Shown: positions 10,287-21,831 of the stretch, piece by piece
Layout of the letters: every line of letters starts with the position of its first letter
Numbering within the stretch: the first letter of the stretch is position 1
Source: Nitrosopumilaceae archaeon
Lineage (GTDB): Archaea; Thermoproteota; Nitrososphaeria; Nitrososphaerales; Nitrosopumilaceae
Length of the DNA stretch: 64,000 bases
Direction of reading: 5' to 3'
Assembly: GCA_965200155.1 (NCBI GenBank)
Contig: CBDATR010000043.1
Location: 32,001 to 96,000, forward strand
Program-made: the position numbers and the translations under genes
Notes under the pieces: model-generated
What the model saw: only the letters and a program-made list of their open reading frames with translations
The model's database searches: none
Told to the model about the DNA's origin: nothing

Positions 10287-11857
10287 AATGTACAGAATCT
10301 ACTGCCAATATCTAGGAATAAATTCATCATAATTTTCGTTGTAAAACAGTCGTTTTTAGTCTAAAAGCCGGAAAAACATGTGGGGAATCACAATAATGTG
10401 CCCCACATGAAACTGTTAACGACTAGCTGATGAATAGGGAAACATACACCCGACGACATCAGAACATGACGGATCTTATTCCGGTGCTGGTAGCAGTCCG
10501 AAGGGATCCTGATCCCGACTAATATATGACCTTTGTGTTTACTATGGCACAAGCCATCTGAAACTCTTCATATCTATGGTTCCAAGATATATGTCGGACA
10601 TTCTAGTTGACATTTTGATCTTCCCTATACTTTGCTCTACCTTTATTCTGGTCTTGTTTATACGCGCGTTGTGTTTCCTCTGCTCTTCTGTTAGTTTCTC
10701 ATGTTTGGATCTCTTGAGCGGCTGGATAGATATGATTCCCGGTAATATCTTTTCTATACCCACAAATCCCAGATCCGTGTACAGTTTTACCTTCAATCCG
10801 GAGTTCTTTTTGATCATGGCCTCAAATAGTAATCCTAGACCATTTAGCTTTGCCATGGACTGCTTTAGAATACTAAAATCGTGCGTACTACCATCAAAGG
10901 CGTCGCTGGTCCATATTGTGGCCCCGTGAATATCGGTCAGTATTAGTATGGTGTATCCGTGTGATTTCTTTTTTCCGGAGTATTGACTTTTTTGTTTCCG
11001 GGGGTCTATGGGACGCACCGTCCGTACTACAGTACCATCCAGTATCAAAGGTATGACGCCATCCTCCTCTGCCAGCATGTTCGTGATATCCTCGTTGGTT
11101 TTTGCCGCACCTATGGCCTCAGTTATCTTCACCGGTGATGCCAGTGCTTCCTGTACCGGTTTTGATAAGACGCTGACATAGCGACTCACCGTGGACTGGT
11201 TCACTCCAAATTCCACTACTATTTCAGCTTCGGTCATTTTTGATCTGGCCCTAGTAGCATGATGAAAGAGCAGCTTGCGTCTGGACCCCGGTTCGGCTGA
11301 ATTCGCATCTAGATCCTTGAATAGTAGAGTCTTTTCGTGATTGCCTATGTTTTTTGACACACGACTGCAAATGGTATGAGTTCACGTCTTCCGGAATCTT
11401 GTGCACAAATCACATTAACTAGAACAACCTGTTCCATCAGTTGTGCGTAAATTTAGACACAGGTGAACTCATACTGCAAATGTACCAGAATGCCTCGATT
11501 GTCAACAATGCAGTGTCATGCATCTTTTTGTGATCCTTTACTGTGTTTTCCAAATTTACATAATGGCGTACATCATCCGGATCAGCCCTCTCTTTGATCA
11601 TCTTGTGAAGATATGCATCATCTTTCATGTGTGGTTAAGTTTGCAGGTGACTCTTCCAGTTCCTTGATCTTCCTATCTCTCTCTTCCAGCTTTTTATCCC
11701 TCTTTTTTATCCCCTTATGTGCGCGTTCAAGACTCACTTGAAGATGCTTTATCTCTTCAGTGGGTGTCTTAAATTTGGGCATCATATTTGCTGGAATAAT
11801 TCCACTTAGAAATGTTTTGTTTTGGAAATTGATGATTTGTCTGATTCTGCATATTCT
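10243..11857 (-). mobile_element. IS5-family (DDE_Tnp_4-like) element, type a; transposase interrupted by MITE
   Basis: TIR AGAATATGCAGAATCAGACAAATCATCA at both ends; ILDGT, YSGKKKSHG, HDF, DLGFVG and RIKVEQSIG motifs. Confidence 0.85.
11374..11474 (+). mobile_element. IS66-type MITE (101-bp variant)
   Basis: TSD TGCAAATG. Confidence 0.95.
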
Positions 11858-11869
11858 ACAATAGACCTT

Positions 11870-11968
11870 GTATGAGTTCACGTCTTCCGGAATCTTGTGC
11901 ACAAAAGAACCGGTTCTTTAACTGTCGCGATCAGTTGTGCGTAAATTTAGACACAGGTGAACTCATAC
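11870..11968 (+). mobile_element. IS66-type MITE (99-bp variant)
   Basis: Full TIRs; no TSD; preceded by AGACCTT, a stub of the IS5 type b end. Confidence 0.9.
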
Positions 11969-12034
11969 CAATTTTTATCTTTCCAGATTGTGTGTATGAA
12001 TTATGCCAACCGTCGCGATTAACGCTAACACTTT

Positions 12035-12126
12035 GTATGAGTTCACGTCTTCCGGAATCTTGTGCACAAATCACATTAACTGTCGCGATCAGTTGTGCGT
12101 AAATTTAGACATAGGTGAACTCATAC
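12035..12126 (+). mobile_element. IS66-type MITE (92 bp)
   Basis: TSD AACACTTT. Confidence 0.95.
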
Positions 12127-12132
12127 AACACT

Positions 12133-13302
12133 TTACCAAGTGTCCAGTATGCTTGCCAGCCGTGACCGGGTAGTATCACAATATTTCTCGTTTACATCAA
12201 TTCCCACATAATTGCGTCCGGTACGTCTTGCCACAACACATGTGGTACCTGCTCCCATGAATGGGTCTAGAACTGTATCTCCCCTGAAACTAAACAATTG
12301 CAGGGCGCGCCGTGCCAGCTCTTCTGGAAACATGGCGGGATGCCCGTATGATTTCATATTCCTCTCAGTCCCCACGGACCATTTTCCATAAACCCATTTC
12401 TTGAACGAGTCACCGTCAATGTCTATGTTTTCTGAAATTCCCTTCTTCTTTAAACTGCCCTTGCAAAAGATCTCCAAGAATTCCCATGTATATTTCAGGT
12501 ATGGACTGGACGGACTTTTCCAGCTTCCCCATGACGTATACTTGCAGTTGTAGTTGTTCTTTTCCCATATTATCTCCCCGCGCCATATCATCTTTCTTTT
12601 GATGAAATGATTAGTTATGATATGGTGATTTGGAATGTAGTCCGAGAATAGCGGTTGTACATCAATTATAATCCTGCCTCCGTATTTCAACACCCTAATG
12701 CATTGATCAAATATGGCGAATAGTTTATCAAAATATGACTCCCACTGCGCCGCATCCTCATATTCTCCATAATTTAGGCCAAAATTGTAAGGAGGAGATG
12801 TAAAAACCAAATCAATACAGTTGTCTGGTATGTCTTTTAGTAATTCTTCACTATCGCCACATAGTATGGAATTCCGGAATTTGTCGGGAATATCCATGTT
12901 ATTATCTACAAATTCGTTATTGTCGGCGTAGTAATGCTTGCCGCGCTGCGCCTCTTTCTTCTTTCTATTTTCTGCCTTTCTCTCTTTGTTGTAGCCTACG
13001 AATAGTCGCTTGTTACCATTCATTGCATAGCCTCCAATCTTTTCTATACTGGCCAGAATGGTATTGGCTATGGATCCTTGCTCTGCACTTATGAACGGCT
13101 CCAGATGTGTTTTGAGATCATCCATGTCCACCTGATGCATGTGTACCCTGACAGATTGGTCATCATATGTTACGTGTATGTCATCTTGGCTAAAATGGCT
13201 ATTCACAAATTCGATCACCGTTTTGTTGTGTACTGTTGGTGATATGGCTATTTCTATTGTCTTGTATTTTGAGCGACTATAAGTAGCAAAAAAGTGACTC
13301 AT
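12133..13302 (-). CDS. Site-specific DNA methyltransferase (beta class N4-C/N6-A) with N-terminal extension
   Basis: FTSPPY catalytic motif precedes HPAMFP and VLDPFMGAGTT. Confidence 0.9.
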   Translation of the reverse strand: MSHFFATYSRSKYKTIEIAISPTVHNKTVIEFVNSHFSQDDIHVTYDDQSVRVHMHQVDMDDLKTHLEPFISAEQGSIANTILASIEKIGGYAMNGNKRLFVGYNKERKAENRKKKEAQRGKHYYADNNEFVDNNMDIPDKFRNSILCGDSEELLKDIPDNCIDLVFTSPPYNFGLNYGEYEDAAQWESYFDKLFAIFDQCIRVLKYGGRIIIDVQPLFSDYIPNHHIITNHFIKRKMIWRGEIIWEKNNYNCKYTSWGSWKSPSSPYLKYTWEFLEIFCKGSLKKKGISENIDIDGDSFKKWVYGKWSVGTERNMKSYGHPAMFPEELARRALQLFSFRGDTVLDPFMGAGTTCVVARRTGRNYVGIDVNEKYCDTTRSRLASILDTW

Positions 13303-13404
13303 ATTATATAACTACTGCATTGCCTTCTTTATACAGTGCGCGTTATTCGGGCATGTGCGATCCCATCTGGCCTGTACATACCGGAACTGTCTTGGCGTAA
13401 ATTT

Positions 13405-13496
13405 GTATGAGTTCACGTCTTCCGGAATCTTGTGCATGAATCACATTAACTGTCGCGATCAGTTGTGCGTAAATTTAGACACATGTGAACTCATAC
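13405..13496 (+). mobile_element. IS66-type MITE (92 bp)
   Basis: TSD GTAAATTT. Confidence 0.95.
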
Positions 13497-14119
13497 GTAA
13501 ATTTCGCTAGGGGTATCTGTCTACGTTTTTGAAGTGATAAATTGTATGGCATAAGTTCATGTTTCCATTATGTTACTAAAATCATACCAATTGTTACAAT
13601 TGGCGTTCGTGAATCAAAGCATGGATAAACCACTTGAAGGTACAAGACTATTCTGTACTGAAAAGCATACGCTAGACAGAGGAGATTATGCATATTGGAG
13701 TGGACCCTATGTTTTGATAACGTTTTTTGTGGTTTTCTAAGAACAGATATCTGCTTCCGTTTTGGACGATATATTGCTTCATTCGGAGAACTCTGCGGGA
13801 GGGACGTATCCCAGTGCCGAGTGTATCCGGGAGTGATTGTAGTCATGATGTGCGGCTTTGATGTGATCCAGCGCCCCCAGGTAGTTCTCAAAATCATTCG
13901 GCCAAACGTTCTCAGCGTCTTGTGGAATGACTCGATTCTGCTGTGGTGCGTTGACATAGATATAGTCAATTTTGACCCCCAATATTTTGGCGGCCTGTCG
14001 GAAGCTGCGACTGGTGTACTGGGATCCATTATCAACCCGGACTGTCAGTCTGGATACATCCGGTTTGTGAATAGCTATTACGTCAGTTAGTGCAGTGATG
14101 GCATGGTTGGTCGTTGCAG

Positions 14120-14211
14120 GTATGAGTTCACGTCTTCCGGAATCTTATGCACAAATCACATTAACTGTCGCGATCAGTTGTGCGTAAATTTAGACACAGG
14201 TGAACTCATAC
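14120..14211 (+). mobile_element. IS66-type MITE (92 bp)
   Basis: TSD CGTTGCAG. Confidence 0.95.
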
Positions 14212-14389
14212 CGTTGCAGTTCTCTCGAAGCTGTATGATAACCATTCCCTTGTGTAGACATCCAGTACGTTGAAGCAGTAACACCAGCCTGACTCGCCAC
14301 ACCATTGACATGCCCGCCTCCCAGAACTGGCCGGGGCGGTGTTGTCAAACTCTTGTTGGAGCGTATTATCTGCGATTTGATCTTTTTTG

Positions 14390-14490
14390 GTATGGGTTCA
14401 CCTGTGTCTAAATTTACGCATAACTGATGGAACAGGTTGTTCTAGTTAATGTGATTCATGCACAAGATTCCGGAAGACGTGAACTCATAC
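14390..14490 (-). mobile_element. IS66-type MITE (101-bp variant)
   Basis: Full length; imperfect T-rich TSD. Confidence 0.9.
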
Positions 14491-15129
14491 TTTTTTTTGG
14501 CGTGATCCAGCCCTTGATACGGTATAGTCTCTGGATTTTTTAATGGTTTACCGGAATGTTATTGTCCCGGGCAAGCTGGGCGGCCATTCGGCGCGTTCCA
14601 TAGGAGGGGGCGTTTGTGGGCGATCTTGAGTATATGGGGCCAACTGTATCATCATTCGTCATCTGTGTGTGGTCTTTCCTGTCTGTTACCGGCTTTTTGT
14701 AGTACAGCTTGTTCCTGTACACCTCGCAGAGCTCCAGTGCACGGACTACCCCGGTGGTGTCCTTGATCTCCTTGAGTATCTTCAGTTTGGTTCCCCCATC
14801 ATTGTTTTTTTAAATGCGTTGTTAACAGGCGTCAGCTCGCCTACTGAGATTATCGTTCTCTTGTAACACCTTTTTCATCTCGGAGTTTTAGAATCTTGGA
14901 TTCCTGTCCAATCCCCCAGAACCGGCCTTGAGGAATCTCTCCCTCCACATGTATAGCGTCCGCGGTGATATGTTGTGCCGCCTGCAGATCTCTGCGGTGA
15001 CCACTGTCGAGTCTAATGACCTTCTCTTCCCGACTCCATTGGTGTTTCTTGTCAACCATGCTCTCTTGAATCTAAAAAGTGTGCATTGAGATCTATTCTC
15101 AATTCTATGGGGTCCAGGCCAATACCACT

Positions 15130-15820
15130 TTATGATTTGCGCCTTGCCGGTCATCATGTTACCATAACGAAGAATGAGGGCGCCAGTACATTATTCCCGG
15201 AAGAGGGTCCTGACACGCTGGTTATACGCACAGAGCCGGACGGTCAGTTCAATAGAAGCGACGCAAAACAGCCTTACCAGAACCATAACCGTCACTGTTG
15301 CCGAGGATGATGAGTCATCCCATAGGTACGGTGGCATCATGACTACACTGGGTGATAGTGACAACTTGTCAATACGACTGAGTAACATACTGCCCGCAGG
15401 CTATGTCTCTGCATACACTCATGACCTGCAGGGTGAAAGCGAGATACTTGGATACGGCATAGTCCAGACCACGCTACTGCTGGGACCGGAGCCAGACGGG
15501 CACTTTTGGCTTAGCGAGACATATCCGGACGGAGCGACCCATGACGTATCCATACATGTATAGTCGATAAGTGCGCCCGCCTACTCCCAGACTATTGTAT
15601 CACTAAGGAATACCAGCTCCACATTTACGATTCAACTATCGGGCATAATTCCCCCCAGCTACACTACTGTAACACTATCCGGAAATGAGGGCCAGAGCAA
15701 CGTAACCGGGGACAGTATCATGGTCCACGCGGAGCCGGATGGGCTATTCCATATACTGGCAACATACGGTTCGGGCAGGGATAACCTTGATCATTCCCAT
15801 TGTGGTTACACTTGATTAGC
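15130..15820 (+). pseudogene. Fragmented protein with internal repeats (EPDGxF motif three times)
   Basis: TEPDGQF, PEPDGHF and AEPDGLF across a frameshift and a stop; cut at the 5' end by IS3. Confidence 0.45.
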
Positions 15821-16142
15821 CATACATGAATGGCATATAAGATATGGTAGCGCATGACCGTACCGGCAACTCAGTACTATCATGATAATTTCCATACATC
15901 TCTTGATAACATTTGCCACATCCAATCTCTGTCTTACCACGGACTTGACGATCAAAGTTATACAACAAACTCGTGGATAAATCGGCAAACGCCCACTTAT
16001 CTATCTGAGAGTATGTGGCATGTGACCTGTGATTATAATTAATCACAGCGGGGGACAGACCTGCAAAGTCACTTGATGGCTTGCCTATGTTTTGCGCTTT
16101 TTGGCATGACTCAATTACAAGTACCGGCTATGAAATATCATC

Positions 16143-16688
16143 ATGACTATCACAGAGGATGCCCAAAAGTATGCCATTATGATGCATGGCCAGCAGGCAC
16201 GCAGGGGAATTCTGGTCATAGATCATGTACGGGAGGTAGTAAATGTACTGCACCGGGTTGGAGTCTCTGAGCCAGCAATAATCGGTGCCGGTTGGCTGCA
16301 TGATGTAATAGAGCACACTGATGCGGATATGGAAGATATTACATCACGGTTCGGGCCAGACGTTTCAGCATGGGTTGAAGCACTCTCCAAGAGCAGGCAT
16401 TTACCCTCCAAACAACGGGAGGCCCAGTATGTTAGGCAGCTGCATGAATCTCCCTGGCAGGCACAGGTAATCAAGCTAGCCGATATTGCAGTAAACCTGC
16501 AACATATCCTGGACTCGGATTCCCCGCCATCACTTATACGCGACAAGGTAGCGCAGCTGAGATCATACATGGAAGCCATAAGGCCGGGACTGACAGTGGG
16601 GTGGGTTCCTGGGCTACCACGCATATGTGCACAAGTGAATCAGCAACTGGCATCGCGCGGCCAGGGACTCCCATATTGGACAGAATAA
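16143..16688 (+). CDS. HD-domain (p)ppGpp hydrolase-like protein (Mesh1/SpoT HD family)
   Basis: AIMMHGQQAR, H..EV, AGWLHDVIEHT, FG..V...V..LSK and IKLAD...NL motifs. Confidence 0.85.
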   Translation: MTITEDAQKYAIMMHGQQARRGILVIDHVREVVNVLHRVGVSEPAIIGAGWLHDVIEHTDADMEDITSRFGPDVSAWVEALSKSRHLPSKQREAQYVRQLHESPWQAQVIKLADIAVNLQHILDSDSPPSLIRDKVAQLRSYMEAIRPGLTVGWVPGLPRICAQVNQQLASRGQGLPYWTE

Positions 16689-16802
16689 TTAATATATTTA
16701 TACTAAAATGGTCTTATTTTTAGTTTGATTTTATAATTATAATATACATACAATTTCATTATTATATCCCTATATTAAAGATAAATTTAATAATATATCA
16801 AT

Positions 16803-17327
16803 ATGATACAAATTATGTTAGTTATATACGAGGAATCTGCCAGTATAAAAAACATCATTGTCATAACCGCAGCGCAGGCTACTGCCCTGAGTGACAAAAC
16901 ACGAATGGATATGCTAAAGATGCTGTATCACGACGAGATGACCGTTTCACAGATACACGACAAGCTGAGCGAGTCCGGTCGTGAAAAGACCATGACTACT
17001 ACAAGACATCACGCAAAGATTCTGGAGGGTGCAGGACTGATTCAGGTAACCAAACTAAAGACAGTTCGGGGTGTGGTGGCCAAAGAGTATGGGACAAGCT
17101 TCCGGCTACTTAACTACGAGTCTCCGGAGAATTTTGATAAAGAGTATTCGCGGCTTGTGGATAATACTGCCACAAAAGTAGACAAACTACTGCGCGGCTT
17201 GATATCCAAAATACCGCGCCCCAAGGATGCAGGGCATGACGAGGAATACTACCAGTATCTGGCATTAGAGATACTAAATCGTGCAGCAACAAAGTCGCTA
17301 GAGCCCGAAGAAAAGACTGTCCAGTAA
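16803..17327 (+). CDS. ArsR-like winged-helix transcriptional regulator
   Basis: ALSDKTRMDMLKML..EMTVSQI...TTRHHAKILEGAGLIQV. Confidence 0.8.
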   Translation: MIQIMLVIYEESASIKNIIVITAAQATALSDKTRMDMLKMLYHDEMTVSQIHDKLSESGREKTMTTTRHHAKILEGAGLIQVTKLKTVRGVVAKEYGTSFRLLNYESPENFDKEYSRLVDNTATKVDKLLRGLISKIPRPKDAGHDEEYYQYLALEILNRAATKSLEPEEKTVQ

Positions 17328-17453
17328 ACCTTGGCCAAAAGAATTTTCATTTATCTCGTTATGGTGTATCGGCGTCCCGGAATACTCCTGTGGAGTTTTT
17401 TGTTACTTGGTTTGCAGCACGATTTTGCTAACAAGTCATGCGGTTCTCTATTT

Positions 17454-17598
17454 GTAACCGTTTAGGTCGCACAGATGATTACAAGTTCGGGCGCGAGATT
17501 GTCAAGGTTACTGTGATAGCACGGACCGGTGTTCAAGTACTGAGTATCCAGTATCTGGAGTTACAGGGATCTATGCCGGGAGTGACCTAAACGGTTAC
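17454..17598. mobile_element. 145-bp MITE with 15-bp perfect TIR GTAACCGTTTAGGTC
   Basis: GTAACCGTTTAGGTC ... GACCTAAACGGTTAC; GTAA start typical of IS66 ends. Confidence 0.7.
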
Positions 17599-17607
17599 TC
17601 ACTATTC

Positions 17608-17699
17608 GTATAAGTTCACATCTTCCCAGATCGTGTGCTTTAATCATACTAATTGCCGCCATCTGTATTGCATAAATTTAGACATAGGCGAACTCATGC
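17608..17699 (+). mobile_element. IS66-type MITE, old and degenerate copy
   Basis: GTATAAGTTCACATCTTCC...TAAATTTAGACATAGGCGAACTCATGC. Confidence 0.75.
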
Positions 17700-18055
17700 C
17701 TCCATTCTGTTCTGTCATGCCTTTGGGGTTGTAGAATGTGGTGGTTTATCCTGTGTCTGGGACGATGGGTGACGGATTTTCAATGATTCTATAATATATT
17801 ATCATAATAATAGTGAATAAATGATTTTATGAAATAAAATATTTAATAATAACTAGAATATAGTAATAAAATACAAGTAATATGTATAAATGTAATTAAA
17901 ATACAATTAGTATGAAGTTAATCATTCATGTTATACAATAAATTGTGGTTTCATGTGGGCCAAATACGCAGTACTACCAACAGATAGTGTAGTGAGTGTA
18001 TGTTTCCGGCATTGGGATAACGTGTGCGCAAACCCGGTAAATGTCGTAGAGTGTG

Positions 18056-18559
18056 CTAGCAGTTGGTTATGCACACGATGCCCACGTCTAGTGAATTGTG
18101 TTCCTTGGCAGGTCGTACTATTACTTCGTATCGCTCGTCACTATCAAAGTGTACGTCAAACTGGGTGGTGCGGGATATGGAGTTTCCAGGTTGCAGTACG
18201 TCCCTTAGTAGGTCTTCCTGATGCAGTGTCCCGTTGCCATAAGATGGCCAGTGTCGTACTCCCAGTGAGTCAACAAAGTAGAACTGGCCGCCGCTGACTG
18301 CATGCTCCATGTCATCTAGGTTGTTCATGCCTATCCGTACTTTAACGAATGTATTTTCTGGCCGGAATTCCTCGTTACCATCATTGGTTCCCTCAAATAT
18401 GACAGTATACTCAATGGGTCCCACTACTACAGGCTCGCCGTCATTGACCTCCAGTACGTTAGGCTGGTATATGATGTACGCGTAGAATGCAACAGCCATG
18501 GAAATGATAACGCCACCCATGACCGCAACAAAGACAACACTTACCATGATATCGAGCAT
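18056..18559 (-). CDS. Membrane-anchored DUF4352-like Ig-fold protein (likely start 18559)
   Basis: N-terminal TM helix, then FVKVRIGMNN, FYFVDS.G and LQPG......FDV. Confidence 0.6.
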   Translation of the reverse strand: MLDIMVSVVFVAVMGGVIISMAVAFYAYIIYQPNVLEVNDGEPVVVGPIEYTVIFEGTNDGNEEFRPENTFVKVRIGMNNLDDMEHAVSGGQFYFVDSLGVRHWPSYGNGTLHQEDLLRDVLQPGNSISRTTQFDVHFDSDERYEVIVRPAKEHNSLDVGIVCITNC

Positions 18560-19607
18560 AGTATTGAACACGTATAAACCAGTCGCTGTTGATACCGTGC
18601 TGGTATGCATTTGTTCCTGTTTAAATTCACGACGACGTATCACAATGATTAGCATGCTTAAAGCGCGGGATTGACGCCGTGAACTCGTATTGAACAGCAA
18701 GGCAACATACCATACTGTCGAGAATCGCCCCCTACCAGATTTTGTACTATGAATCAATTTGGGGTGGACCTAAACGGTTACTATACCAAACATATGATTA
18801 AACGGGTGGTTGATCTTGGAGCCTACCCATGCCTTTCTGGACAAGTAGTGTATCATTCTGTTCAATTATTGTATCGTTTTGCTTTGAGTTATGCTTTGCG
18901 TGATCTGAGATCATCGGTGCTCTTTACAACTTGGTGTCCTGTGATATTCTATTAGTGCCCCCAACATCTTCTCCTGACTCTCCAGCATCATTCTGTTATT
19001 CTTTGATATTTCCTTGAGTTCTTTTTTTTATTATTTTGTCCTCTACAAGAACGTCTAACTTGGCTGAACCGGCCATAATTGCACTGTGCATTTCCTTTTG
19101 CATATCCACCATTATCATCTTAAATGTAGAGAACTCTCCGGCAGCAGTACTGTATTTGACATGGCTATCTTTTACAAATGTGGGTTCATTCCTATTGCGG
19201 ACAGATACAATTAGTGATTCCATGTAGGTCTTTCACCCTCGCATATGATCAATACCGAACCGTCTTCGAGATTCTTTATACTTCCTGTCAGCCCAGTTCG
19301 TCCTACAATAGCTCTCACGTATGCGCGGAGTCCTACGTCCTGACTACTCCATAGACTTGTATGGTATCTCTTTCTTTAGCCATACTTTATTAGCGCATTC
19401 ATGTAATTTAAATTCTATACTATATAAATTCGAGTCAAGTGTATCAAAATTAGATTGTACTAAGATTAAGGCACTAGTGGGAAAATGCCTAGCAAAGTAC
19501 AAAAACGATTAACAGATACACTACAAATCAAAGAAAAACATGGTCGAGCACCTGATTAAAAAGCTCACCGATACATCATCAGCAAGGGAAAGGGTACCTC
19601 AATTATA

Positions 19608-19706
19608 GTATGAGTTCACGTCTTCCGGAATCTTATGCACAAAAGAACCGGTTCTTTAACTGTCGCGATCAGTTATGCGTAAATTTAGACACAGGTGAAC
19701 TCATAC
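19608..19706 (+). mobile_element. IS66-type MITE (99-bp variant) with 23-bp flanking duplication
   Basis: AGGGAAAGRGTACCTCAATTATA on both sides. Confidence 0.9.
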
Positions 19707-20389
19707 AGGGAAAGAGTACCTCAATTATATTCCGGGGAAATGGATGTCTCACAATCGGCAAATATACGCCGAATTCCGCAGGACCGGCAAGTATCCGGTT
19801 CCCGGACGCGCCAGCCGTCCCAGTATGGAGATCACACTTGAAGAAATACGACAGGTTCTGGATACTCACAAAGGGGAGCCGGTTGAAGTATTGCGTACAG
19901 CTGCCAGGCTCAGAGGAAAGATCAGTACCGGCGCATATGTTGTGGTATGGCACTGGTGACCGCCTCCCCCACAAAATCCAAAAAATGCAAGTGGGTGCGA
20001 TATGAAAGAAAGCATTCCAATTCCCTGTGGCATGTTGACTGGCATATCATGAAGGAGCCCCGCTTTGAGTGTCTGATAATGGCTCCTCGCGTTGCATGTT
20101 GCCGCTCAACTATTCCGGGATGCAACGTCCGAGAATGCCATCACGGTATTACACAAGGTCATAATCCAATTTGTAACCCCGACAGCCATACTGCCAGATA
20201 TCTTTGTGGGTGTACGAGGCAAGGTTCCAAAGAAGTGGAGGTCCACCATATTCGAGGATCTAAATCGTGGTATCGAGCTTATCAATAGCCGTCCCCGCTA
20301 TCCCCCGATCAATGGCAAGCTGGGGTGATTTCGCCGGAGCATTGAGGATGAAATATTCCATTATGAACTCTTGTCAGTGTACTACAATG

Positions 20390-20481
20390 GTATGAGTTCA
20401 CGTCTTCCGGAATCTTATGCACAAATCACATTAACTGTCGCGATCAGTTATGCGTAAATTTAGACACAGGTGAACTCATAC
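20390..20481 (+). mobile_element. IS66-type MITE (92 bp)
   Basis: TSD CTACAATG. Confidence 0.95.
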
Positions 20482-20895
20482 CTACAATGAGATACGGCTT
20501 CACTTTGCACTTGATATCCATAATCTGGAGACCCCGCTCAGGGCATTCCATAACAGACGCGCATCAAGATAGAACGACTCAAAATGGATGGAGAGGGATA
20601 CGGATGACTAAGCGACATAATTTCGATATGAAACACTCTATTAGATTGGTTTGCATCACTCTCATATTGTCATAATTGATTAGTTCTTCAGCATTCTTCA
20701 TTAAACCATCTGCTTTTTCACGAAATTCACACTCTCAATCAAACTCCTGGCGGGGACCATCCATTACTGGTTTGTGATGCTTGCAGAATTTTGTTTCATG
20801 AAAACGCGCCTCAATTCGGAGCAGCCTAAACGACTACCACTGCTACTTTACATATGTCGGCGTGACTAATATATCACCGTATCCTAATCAATAAT

Positions 20896-21360
20896 ATGGC
20901 AACAACCCTGCCCGTAGAACCTGCTAATGCTTCTTCAATTGTGCCAACGACCATTCCGGCTACAACTATTCCACCCGGGGAGCGGATGGCAGCAATACGA
21001 ATAATCCGAGATAGAATTATTCATGACTTTAATCCAGTGTCAATAATTCTGTTTGGATCCATGGCCAGGGGTGATCACAACAAGTACAGTGACATTGATA
21101 TCATGGTGGTAATGCCAGAGAGCGCAAACACAAGGGTGGCAGGCCGCACTATATATGACGTCCATAATGGTTTGGGCGATGTGGACATGATAGTAACCAC
21201 ACCGTCGATCCTGGAGGCGAAATCACAATTGCGCGGTTCAGCGCAAAGAATGGCGTTACTGGAGGGAGTAGAATTGTACGGTAATCAAATACTAAAGTAC
21301 CACCTAGATTATACCAATGATGTGGAATCCGGTTCAGTGTTTATGGGAAAATGCTCTTGA
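20896..21360 (+). CDS. Minimal nucleotidyltransferase (MNT) antitoxin domain
   Basis: IILFGSMARGD...SDIDIMVV; paralog of the N-terminal half of 33337-34206. Confidence 0.85.
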   Translation: MATTLPVEPANASSIVPTTIPATTIPPGERMAAIRIIRDRIIHDFNPVSIILFGSMARGDHNKYSDIDIMVVMPESANTRVAGRTIYDVHNGLGDVDMIVTTPSILEAKSQLRGSAQRMALLEGVELYGNQILKYHLDYTNDVESGSVFMGKCS

Positions 21361-21706
21361 TGATCTACAAACAGCCACCGAAAATGACTCTGATGCAAGA
21401 AACCAGGTAAAAGTACGTGCGTATTACTCACAGCAGGCAGCAGAAAAAGCTATGAAAGCGGCGCTGGCATGGTCCGGAATAGAGCCCATCCATGTCCATA
21501 AGCTGGAAGATCTTTATTCTCGTGTACCTACTAACTGGGGCATTAATGTATCCAAAACTGACCTTGAATCATTAACCGAGATGAATACAAAGTCAAGATA
21601 TGGCAATATACCTGTAACAAAGTACGAAGCGGACAGCGCCTATGAGCTGGCATCCTACATCTGTAATATAATATACAGTGAGTCTGTCCGGCGTAGAAAA
21701 ATTTGA
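21317..21706 (+). CDS. HEPN domain, separated from the MNT by a 1-nt frameshift
   Basis: YYSQQAAEKAMKA, HVHKLEDL and SRYG motifs. Confidence 0.8.
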   Translation: MMWNPVQCLWENALDDLQTATENDSDARNQVKVRAYYSQQAAEKAMKAALAWSGIEPIHVHKLEDLYSRVPTNWGINVSKTDLESLTEMNTKSRYGNIPVTKYEADSAYELASYICNIIYSESVRRRKI

Positions 21707-21831
21707 CATAGACACTCCGATCAATACATAATTCGGTTTAACCCTATCGCTATTATCATAAGTCTCTGGACATGTATTTCCTACATACAGTTACCATCTT
21801 ACGTGCCGGTGACTTGTGTAACTTACTACAC

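Larger units (their letters stand above)
13696..15121 (-). mobile_element. IS3-family element, degraded, containing two MITEs
   Basis: Ends TGGAGTGGACCC / GGGTCCAGGCCA; OrfA HTH (AEICRRHNISPRTLYMW); YGTRRMAAQL, IESFHKTL and YNHSRIHSALGYVPPAEF remnants. Confidence 0.85.
19440..20635 (+). mobile_element. Second IS481-family element, degraded, containing MITEs (left boundary approximate)
   Basis: KWVRYERKHSNSLWHVDWH, ATSENA and YPPINGKL remnants; ends ATGAAACA. Confidence 0.7.

Noticed and set aside
11872-12102. Short ORFs beginning MSSRLPES or ending MSSPVSKFTHN (many places)
   Set aside because: They are translations of the MITE, not genes
13923-13938. GGAATGACTCGATTCT as a palindromic scar
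   Set aside because: Explained by a deletion in the IS3 motif PQQNGxIESFHK
11374-14490. Clustered ~92-bp repeats as a CRISPR array
   Set aside because: The repeats are too long, dispersed in both orientations, and have TIRs and 8-bp TSDs. There are no regular spacers or cas genes.
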